Below, in pieces: positions 12,063 through 21,400 of a stretch of DNA of 64,000 nucleotides; within the stretch, counting starts at the first letter, position 1, and every line of letters starts with the position of its first letter. The position numbers and the translations under genes are program-made. The notes beneath the pieces are model-generated. The model worked only from the letters and a program-made list of their open reading frames with translations, was not told where the DNA came from and did not search any database. This DNA comes from Lingula anatina (Eukaryota > Animalia > Brachiopoda): positions 992,001 through 1,056,000 of the forward strand of contig JBPQGU010000016.1 in NCBI GenBank assembly GCA_051362555.1. The letters are read 5' to 3'.

Positions 12063-12549
12063 ATTCACGTATCACAGTATTAAGGCTAAGGTTCGCGACT
12101 AGAACTCTAAAAACCTAAAAAAAGTTTTTATGACCGCATTGTACTAGCTTGGTCGCTCCGACTCTGCGGGGAATCTCGCTATTTATTAAAGTGCAATCAG
12201 TGGAATCAGCTGAATAGTCTGACTGGTATCCTCGGGCAGCTTGGAGGTAATTAAATTCCGTGTGCTGATTAACCTGATTCCATTGATTGCATTTTAGCGA
12301 GAATTTCCAGCACAGTTGGTTCAACCCAGCTAGAGCGACGTGTGAATCTGAATGCTCCCAATGAGAGGTTTGAATTTCACAGTATTTTGTCCTAACCCAC
12401 AGTCTTGGTTACTCAGGCGTATGGTGGTGATAGCGTCATTTTATGGCCTAAGCTGCACCTTTAATATTAACCTCTACAAAAATCAAACACGGGGTATAAA
12501 CTTATTCTTGACCTTGATAACCGTATGATTTGAGATAGTTGGGCCTTTG

Positions 12550-12768
12550 CAGTGGCGGATATGGGATGGGGGGGGGTCTGAAAAATATCTTTCACTCTAG
12601 AAATTAGTATTTTGACTAGCTGAATCATACTTCTAAACCGGATCAATTGTTCGCCCTCTAAAATTAAAAAAGAAAAAAAAAATGGGCCCTTCAGTGGGCA
12701 CCGAACCCCACGCAGCCACTTATTCCTAAAAATTGGACCCCCTTCAGATAATCCTCGATCCGCCCCTG
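12550..12768. mobile_element. Non-autonomous DNA transposon with CAGTGGCGGAT/ATCCGCCCCTG termini (hAT-like)
   Basis: 11-bp TIRs matching 10/11, subterminal G-run, and TGGACCCCC near the right end. No TSD is recognisable. Confidence 0.6.
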
Positions 12769-13634
12769 CTCTGCGTCTGGTGTCCCAGATGATATGATAA
12801 CCGCATTAAGGTCTGCATGCCTGACCAGCTATTTCAAAGAGGTGAGGTGGGGTCTTTAATTTTTTCAGTGGAACATTTTATGGCGGTTTTAGCATACACC
12901 CTAAGTTGAACCAACTTTAGAAATTGCGCAAAGCCTAGATCAGATAAGGATTCAGAGCAAACTCTTTTGTGGCTTGGATAAGCCTTCTGTTAACTGTTCC
13001 GAATCTCCCTCGTCTTCGGTTGTCCTAATAAAAACTGGAGTCCCTTGGCTGTGTAGAATGATTGCATGCGTGGCCTCAGCATAAGAGGTAGATACTATTA
13101 AGATGTGGTGATATTCACTCTTTCGGGTAGGTACATGTATGTATAGATAATGATGCTATGTTAAGATATTATATGTTGCCCATTAATTCACAATTTTAGA
13201 TATTTGAAGAAGTGGAGAAAGTAATGAAACAACTGTGCATGCGTTACTCAGAGCTCACGCAGTAAGTTGAGATCAAGCAATAAAAAAATATTTGTTACCA
13301 TAACATTTATGTGGTGGAATAGAAAGCTCGCCAGTTCTTGGACATTTAAACGTCTTTTAATGATTCCCTCTTCTTAGGGGCTTGCTAAAACATCAAACTC
13401 CTCATTAAAAAAAAAGTCAGCTCTGTAGGAATTCTCAGTGTCGGGTTCTCAGATACGGCTTCGTGTGCATCATGAACTTAAACGGTCATGAAAAACCTTG
13501 GTCGAGGACTGGGGTTGCCCGGGTTGAAATAGGGCACCCGGATTATCGATTGAAATAGCAAATATATACACATGTACATCCAAACTGGCCCTCTCCCTGA
13601 CAAGCTAGAAAATTTCCATTTGATCCATCACTCA

Positions 13635-13737
13635 GCAACGAAGCTTTTGTGGCTCCGTGGTAACTCCGTTGCCTTGTGCGTGAGTGTATCCTTGTCCGCT
13701 GGTTCGAGACCCAGCAAAATGACTCTGATATTTTTTT
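13635..13737 (+). ncRNA. Vault-RNA-like Pol III small RNA gene, copy 1 of 26 (other copies at anchor+3..anchor+105)
   Basis: A box TGGCTCCGTGG (13650-13660) continues as TAACTCCG, resembling vault RNA TAGCTCAGCGGTTACTTCG. B box GGTTCGAGACCC (13701-13712) matches the vault RNA box B. T7 terminator at 13731-13737, ~100 nt in total. No D-stem or anticodon arm can form, so it is not a tRNA. The 5' end is estimated. Confidence 0.55.
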
Positions 13738-13772
13738 CCTAAAAGTAATCTGTAAAATTTGCTTTTGATTAC

Positions 13773-13778
13773 TATAAG
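13773..13778 (+). promoter_or_regulatory. TATA-like element upstream of the second Pol III cassette (all copies)
   Basis: TATAAG lies ~30-37 nt upstream of the predicted start of the tRNA-like head. Confidence 0.35.
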
Positions 13779-13809
13779 AGGAAACTCGTACCTACGGAGG
13801 GTGGGCGGG

Positions 13810-14004
13810 TCAGTCACGGCGCAGTCGGTAGCGTGCTTGGATGCAAAAAAACAATACAAAGCGTCACCAACCATGGTAACGAGAAGTCACGAGTTCGAAT
13901 CCCGGATGAGGCACGTCAGTCCATCACGACAACGACCTTGCCCCCTGTTCGGGCAGTAACCAGAACGAATGCGGGCTCTCGTGGGTCCTAGCAATTTACC
14001 TTTT
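13810..14004 (+). ncRNA. tRNA-derived Pol III transcription unit / SINE-like gene, copy 1 of 26 (other copies at about anchor+178..anchor+372)
   Basis: D arm GCGC-AGTCGGTA-GCGT (A box 13817-13828) and AAGTC variable loop. B box GAGTTCGAATCC at 13891-13902, with ~30 extra nt in the anticodon region. The ~95-nt 3' body has two hairpins (TTGCCC/GGGCAG; GGGCTC/GGGTCC) and ends AATTTACCTTTT. Acceptor and T stems pair poorly, so it is not a functional tRNA. Confidence 0.6.
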
Positions 14005-14570
14005 GCACAATAAAACGATATACTTGAGAATAAGTGATGGATTTAAAAAGAACATAGTAGCATAAAGTCTGCGTCGTCAATAATATGACATGGGAATGGT
14101 CATTGATCTCTATCTTTTTCCAGCTACGTCACCGATCAAACTTGCATTGAGCTATTGCTAACCGCGTATAGAGCCTCGCCTGTCATACTGCAATTTCAGC
14201 AAAATGGGCTCTTTTCTCGGTGGGATTTTCAGAGGAAAAAAGTTTTATTTTTTACAAAAGTCGCCCCGCCGCTATTGCTTTTACCAGTTGTAAACTACGT
14301 TTGTCTTCTTATGCAACCCCTTCCTATCTTGGGTCCATGCTTCTCGAGACGGTTCATATGTTCATTCAGTACCCGAGGCAACTCCACAGTCAACAATGAA
14401 AGAGTAAAATCTACTCAAAACTGAAACCGCCAAGGTGTGAACAGCTGTGGATCTCATCGCGCTCTTTAACGTCAAAGGTGAAACCACACGTTATCTCATT
14501 GCAAAATAAAATGAAACTAAAAACATCTGAACTCATCTTACTAGGAACATTTCCAGCGGATAAGCAATGA

Positions 14571-14690
14571 AACCGATCGACCTTGTATTGATTCAGTAGC
14601 TTCAGGTATAACAGCACGTCATACCACCAACCGATCGACCTTGAATTGATTCAGTAGCTTCAGGTATAACAAACAACACGTCATACCACC
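14571..14690 (+). repeat. Tandem duplication of a 58/62-bp segment within each unit
   Basis: AACCGATCGACCTTG(T/A)ATTGATTCAGTAGCTTCAGGTATAAC...CACGTCATACCACC at 14571-14628 and 14629-14690. Confidence 0.95.
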
Positions 14691-15012
14691 TGTTAACCGC
14701 GTTCACCCGAAAAAAAATTTCTTCTGGGCAGAATTATTTGCCAAATATGTTTTACTCGAAATTCGCATCGACGCAATTGCTTGAATGGAAAAACACACCA
14801 GTTTTCTGCACATTTGAACGTTTTAATTACAATATACGCTTATTATCCGTTTTGTGAGCAAACGCATTTTTCTTACGGTATAGAACATAACAATAAAATG
14901 AAAAAGCAGGGCAAGTAAAGATTACTTGTCTTGAAAAAGTTTGTTGTAATTGTTTATATAATGGATAGGTCTACGTTATCAATAAATACGTTACCAAAAA
15001 ACGTGAAGGTAT

Positions 15013-15435
15013 TGTTTTCTGTTTTCATTCTTTGTTGTCCTTTGGTGCGACACTGTGGATGCGTGCGACGTTGTACATGTGTGCACGCATGTATATACGT
15101 CGCTCATCCTTCTTTGTTACGTTATTATGATACATACGTTACCGTGAAGCGTGTAAATATACATTTATTCTATTTACATTGGTTGTCTTTTGTTTTGTGG
15201 GCACAAAACACTTCTGCCTTAAAGTGTTGGCCCACAAAACGAAAGACAAACCACTGTAAATAAAATAAATAAATATTTACACGGATCACGGTAACGTATA
15301 TATCGGTAACGTATGTATCATTTTAACGTAACAAAGAAGAATGAGCGACGTATAAACATGCGTGCGCACATATACAACGTCACGCGCACACACAGAGTCT
15401 TGACAAAGGACAACAAACAATGAAATCAAAAAATC
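15013..15435. repeat. ~420-bp imperfect palindrome (foldback/MITE-like) at the end of each complete unit
   Basis: ~200-bp arms are reverse complements, e.g. TTTCATTCTTTGTTGTCCTTTG / CAAAGGACAACAAACAATGAAA and CGTCGCTCATCCTTCTTTGTTACGTTA / TAACGTAACAAAGAAGAATGAGCGACG. The spacer is 8 nt (15214-15221). Confidence 0.92.
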
Positions 15436-18400
15436 ATGAACTTTTAAAACGGTCATGAAAAACCTGGGTCGAGGACTGGGGTTGCCCGGGTTGAAATAGG
15501 GCACCCGGATTATCGATTGAAATAGCAAATATATACACATGTACATCCAAACTGGCCCTCTCCCTGACAAGCTAGAAAATTTCCATTTGATCCATCACTC
15601 AGCAACGAAGCTTCTGTGGCTCCGTGGTAACTCCGTTGCCTTGTGCGTGAGTGTATCCTTGTCCGCTGGTTCGAGACCCAGCAAAATGACTCTGATATTT
15701 TTTTCCTAAAAGTAATCTGTAAAATTTGCTTTTGATTACTATAAGAGGAAACTCGTACCTACGGAGGGTGGGCGGGTCAGTCACGGCGCAGTCGGTAGCG
15801 TGCTTGGATGCAAAAAAAACAATACAAAGCGTCACCAACCATGGTAACGAGAAGTCACGAGTTCGAATCCCGGATGAGGCACGTCAGTCCATCACGACAA
15901 CGACCTTGCCCCCTGTTCGGGCAGTAACCAGAACGAATGCGGGCTCTCGTGGGTCCTAGCAATTTACCTTTTGCACAATAAAACGATATACTTGAGAATA
16001 AGTGATGGATTTAAAAAGAACATAGTAGCATAAAGTCTGCGTCGTCAATAATATGACATGGGAATGGTCATTGATCTCTATCTTTTTCCAGCTACGTCAC
16101 CGATCAAACTTGCATTGAGCTATTGCTAACCGCGTATAGAGCCTCGCCTGTCATACTGCAATTTCAGCAAAATGGGCTCTTTTCTCGGTGGGATTTTCAG
16201 AGGAAAAAAGTTTTATTTTTTACAAAAGTCGCCCCGCCGCTATTGCTTTTACCAGTTGTAAACTACGTATGTCTTCTTATGCAACCCCTTCCTATCTTGG
16301 GTCCATGCTTCTCGAGACGGTTCATATGTTCATTCAGTACCCGAGGCAACTCCACAGTCAACAATGAAAGAGTAAAATCTACTCAAAACTGAAACCGCCA
16401 AGGTGTGAACAGCTGTGGATCTCATCGCGCTCTTTAACGTCAAAGGTGAAACCACACGTTATCTCATTGCAAAATAAAATGAAACTAAAAACATCTGAAC
16501 TCATCTTACTAGGAACATTTCCAGCGGATAAGCAATGAAACCGATCGACCTTGTATTGATTCAGTAGCTTCAGGTATAACAGCACGTCATACCACCAACC
16601 GATCGACCTTGAATTGATTCAGTAGCTTCAGGTATAACAAACAACACGTCATACCACCTGTTAACCGCGTTCACCCGAAAAAAAATTTCTTCTGGGCAGA
16701 ATTATTTGCCAAATATGTTTTACTCGAAATTCACATCGACGCAATTGCTTGAATGGAAAACACACCAGTTTTCTGCACATTTGAACGTTTTAATTACAAT
16801 ATACGCTTATTATCCGTTTTGTGAGCAAACGCATTTTTCTTACGGTATAGAACATAACAATAAAATGAAAAAGCAGGGCAAGTAAAGATTACTTGTCTTG
16901 AAAAAGTTTGTTGTAATTGTTTATATAATGGATAGGTCTACGTTATCAATAAATACGTTACCAAAAAACGTGAAGGTATTGTTTTCTGTTTTCATTCTTT
17001 GTTGTCCTTTGGTGCGACACTGTGGATGCGTGCGACGTTGTACATGTGCGCACGCATGTATATTCGTCGCTCATCCTTCTTTGTTACGTTATTATGATAC
17101 ATACGTTACCGTGAAGCGTGTAAATATACATTTATTCTATTTACATTGGTTGTCTTTTGTTTTGTGGGCACAAAACACTTCTGCCTTAAAGTGTTGGCCC
17201 ACAAAACGAAAGACAAACCACTGTAAATAAAATAAATAAATATTTACACGGATCACGGTAACGTATATATCGGTAACGTATGTATCATTTTAACGTAACA
17301 AAGAAGAATGAGCGACGTATAAACATGCGTGCGCACATATACAACGTCACGCGCACACACAGAGTCTTGACAAAGGACAACAAACAATGAAATCAAAAAA
17401 TCATGAACTTTTAAAACGGTCATGAAAAACCTTGGTCGAGGACTGGGGTTGCCCGGGTTGAAATAGGGCACCCGGATTATCGATTGAAATAGCAAATATA
17501 TACACATGTACATCCAAACTGGCCCTCTCCCTGACAAGCTAGAAAATTTCCATTTGATCCATCACTCAGCAACGAAGCTTCTGTGGCTCCGTGGTAACTC
17601 CGTTGCCTTGTGCGTGAGTGTATCCTTGTCCGCTGGTTCGAGACCCAGCAAAATGACCCTGATATTTTTTTCCTAAAAGTAATCTGTAAAATTTGCTTTT
17701 GATTACTATAAGAGGAAACTCGTACCTACGGAGGGTGGGCGGGTCAGTCACGGCGCAGTCGGTAGCGTGCTTGGATGCAAAAAAACAATACAAAGCGTCA
17801 CCAACCATGGTAACGAGAAGTCACGAGTTCGAATCCCGGATGAGGCACGTCAGTCCATCACGACAACGACCTTGCCCCCTGTTCGGGCAGTAACCAGAAC
17901 GAATGCGGGCTCTCGTGGGTCCTAGCAATTTACCTTTTGCACAATAAAACGATATACTTGAGAATAAGTGATGGATTTAAAAAGAACATAGTAGCATAAA
18001 GTCTGCGTCGTCAATAATATGACATGGGAATGGTCATTGATCTCTATCTTTTTCCAGCTACGTCACCGATCAAACTTGCATTGAGCTATTGCTAACCGCG
18101 TATAGAGCCTCGCCTGTCATACTGCAATTTCAGCAAAATGGGCTCTTTTCTCGGTGGGATTTTCAGAGGAAAAAAGTTTTATTTTTTACAAAAGTCGCCC
18201 CGCCGCTATTGCTTTTATCAGTTGTAAACTACGTTTGTCTTCTTATGCAACCCCTTCCTATCTTGGGTCCATGCTTCTCGAGACGGTTCATATGTTCATT
18301 CAGTACCCGAGGCAACTCCACAGTCAACAATGAAAGAGTAAAATCTACTCAAAACTGAAACCGCCAAGGTGTGAACAGCTGTGGATCTCATCGCGCTCTT

Positions 18401-21400
18401 TAACGTCAAAGGTGAAACCACACGTTATCTCATTGCAAAATAAAATGAAACTAAAAACATCTGAACTCATCTTACTAGGAACATTTCCAGCGGATAAGCA
18501 ATGAAACCGATCGACCTTGTATTGATTCAGTAGCTTCAGGTATAACAGCACGTCATACCACCAACCGATCGACCTTGAATTGATTCAGTAGCTTCAGGTA
18601 TAACAAACAACACGTCATACCACCTGTTAACCGCGTTCACCCGAAAAAAAATTTCTTCTGGGCAGAATTATTTGCCAAATATGTTTTACTCGAAATTCGC
18701 ATCGACGCAATTGCTTGAATGGAAAACACACCAGTTTTCTGCACATTTGAACGTTTTAATTACAATATACGCTTATTATCCGTTTTGTGAGCAAACGCAT
18801 TTTTCTTACGGTATAGAACATAACAATAAAATGAAAAAGCAGGGCAAGTAAAGATTACTTGTCTTGAAAAAGTTTGTTGTAATTGTTTATATAATGGATA
18901 GGTCTACGTTATCAATAAATACGTTACCAAAAAACGTGAAGGTATTGTTTTCTGTTTTCATTCTTTGTTGTCCTTTGGTGCGACACTGTGGATGCGTGCG
19001 ACGTTGTACATGTGCGCACGCATGTATATACGTCGCTCATCCTTCTTTGTTACGTTATTATGATACATACGTTACCGTGAAGCGTGTAAATATACATTTA
19101 TTCTATTTACATTGGTTGTCTTTTGTTTTGTGGGCACAAAACACTTCTGCCTTAAAGTGTTGGCCCACAAAACGAAAGACAAACCACTGTAAATAAAATA
19201 AATAAATATTTACACGGATCACGGTAACGTATATATCGGTAACGTATGTATCATTTTAACGTAACAAAGAAGAATGAGCGACGTATAAACATGCGTGCGC
19301 ACATATACAACGTCACGCGCACACACAGAGTCTTGACAAAGGACAACAAACAATGAAATCAAAAAATCATGAACTTTTAAAACGGTCATGAAAAACCTTG
19401 GTCGAGGACTGGGGTTGCCCGGGTTGAAATAGGGCACCCGGATTATCGATTGAAATAGCAAATATATACACATGTACATCCAAACTGGCCCTCTCCCTGA
19501 CAAGCTAGAAAATTTCCATTTGATCCATCACTCAGCAACGAAGCTTCTGTGGCTCCGTGGTAACTCCGTTGCCTTGTGCGTGAGTGTATCCTTGTCCGCT
19601 GGTTCGAGACCCAGCAAAGTGACTCTGATATTTTTTTCCTAAAAGTAATCTGTAAAATTTGCTTTTGATTACTATAAGAGGAAACTCGTACCTACGGAGG
19701 GTGGGCGGGTCAGTCACGGCGCAGTCGGTAGCGTGCTTGGATGCAAAAAAACAATACAAAGCGTCACCAACCATGGTAACGAGAAGTCACGAGTTCGAAT
19801 CCCGGATGAGGCACGTCAGTCCATCACGACAACGACCTTGCCCCCTGTTCGGGCAGTAACCAGAACGAATGCGGGCTCTCGTGGGTCCTAGCAATTTACC
19901 TTTTGCACAATAAAACGATATACTTGAGAATAAGTGATGGATTTAAAAAGAACATAGTAGCATAAAGTCTGCGTCGTCAATAATATGACATGGGAATGGT
20001 CATTGATCTCTATCTTTTTCCAGCTACGTCACCGATCAAACTTGCATTGAGCTATTGCTAACCGCGTATAGAGCCTCGCCTGTCATACTGCAATTTCAGC
20101 AAAATGGGCTCTTTTCTCGGTGGGATTTTCAGAGGAAAAAAGTTTTATTTTTTACAAAAGTCGCCCCGCCGCTATTGCTTTTACCAGTTGTAAACTACGT
20201 TTGTCTTCTTATGCAACCCCTTCCTATCTTGGGTCCATGCTTCTCGAGACGGTTCATATGTTCATTCAGTACCCGAGGCAACTCCACAGTCAACAATGAA
20301 AGAGTAAAATCTACTCAAAACTGAAACCGCCAAGGTGTGAACAGCTGTGGATCTCATCGCGCTCTTTAACGTCAAAGGTGAAACCACACGTTATCTCGTT
20401 GCAAAATAAAATGAAACTAAAAACATCTGAACTCATCTTACTAGGACCATTTCCAGCGGATAAGCAATGAAACCGATCGACCTTGTATTGATTCAGTAGC
20501 TTCAGGTATAACAGCACGTCATACCACCAACCGATCGACCTTGAATTGATTCAGTAGCTTCAGGTATAACAAACAACACGTCATACCACCTGTTAACCGC
20601 GTTCACCCGAAAAAAAATTTCTTCTGGGCAGAATTATTTGCCAAATATGTTTTACTCGAAATTCGCATCGACGCAATTGCTTGAATGGAAAACACACCAG
20701 TTTTCTGCACATTTGAACGTTTTAATTACAATATACGCTTATTATCCGTTTTGTGAGCAAACGCATTTTTCTTACGGTATAGAACATAACAATAAAATGA
20801 AAAAGCAGGGCAAGTAAAGATTACTTGTCTTGAAAAAGTTTGTTGTAATTGTTTATATAATGGATAGGTCTACGTTATCAATAAATACGTTACCAAAAAA
20901 CGTGAAGGTATTGTTTTCTGTTTTCATTCTTTGTTGTCCTTTGGTGCGACACTGTGGATGCGTGCGACGTTGTACATGTGCGCACGCATGTATATACGTC
21001 GCTCATCCTTCTTTGTTACGTTATTATGATACATACGTTACCGTGAAGCGTGTAAATATACATTTATTCTATTTACATTGGTTGTCTTTTGTTTTGTGGG
21101 CACAAAACACTTCTGCCTTAAAGTGTTGGCCCACAAAACGAAAGACAAACCACTGTAAATAAAATAAATAAATATTTACACGGATCACGGTAACGTATAT
21201 ATCGGTAACGTATGTATCATTTTAACGTAACAAAGAAGAATGAGCGACGTATAAACATGCGTGCGCACATATACAACGTCACGCGCACACACAGAGTCTT
21301 GACAAAGGACAACAAACAATGAAATCAAAAAATCATGAACTTTTAAAACGGTCATGAAAAACCTTGGTCGAGGACTGGGGTTGCCCGGGTTGAAATAGGG

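Noticed and set aside
13845-13885. CATG|GTAAC (and GTG|GTAAC at ~13660) as possible spliced-leader RNA donor sites
   Set aside because: No Sm site between hairpins downstream. Both lie inside A-box/B-box Pol III cassettes, whereas animal SL RNAs are Pol II snRNA-type genes.
13810-13912. Intron-containing tRNA-Cys(GCA)
   Set aside because: Position 8 is C, the acceptor stem does not form, the T stem has two mismatches and the 31-39 pair is G-A. Treated as tRNA-derived rather than a functional tRNA.
14440-14492. CTGTGGA...GAAAC resembling a hammerhead ribozyme core
   Set aside because: The invariant CTGANGA is not matched, and stems I and III could not be built.
14675-14712. ACGTCATACCACCTGTTAACCGCG resembles the 5' end of 5S rRNA (GGCCATACCACC..GAAC)
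   Set aside because: Similarity is limited to ~12 nt. The internal control region and 3' half of 5S are absent.
15362-15400. GCACATATAC...ACAGAG spaced as in U6 snRNA
   Set aside because: The intervening and downstream U6 sequence (TAAAATTGGAACG, AAGATTAGCATGG) is missing, and the segment is explained as a palindrome arm.
13469-15435. Repeat unit as a tandem Helitron (A|TC at the start)
   Set aside because: The unit end has no CTRR terminus with a properly spaced short hairpin, and there is no Rep/helicase sequence.
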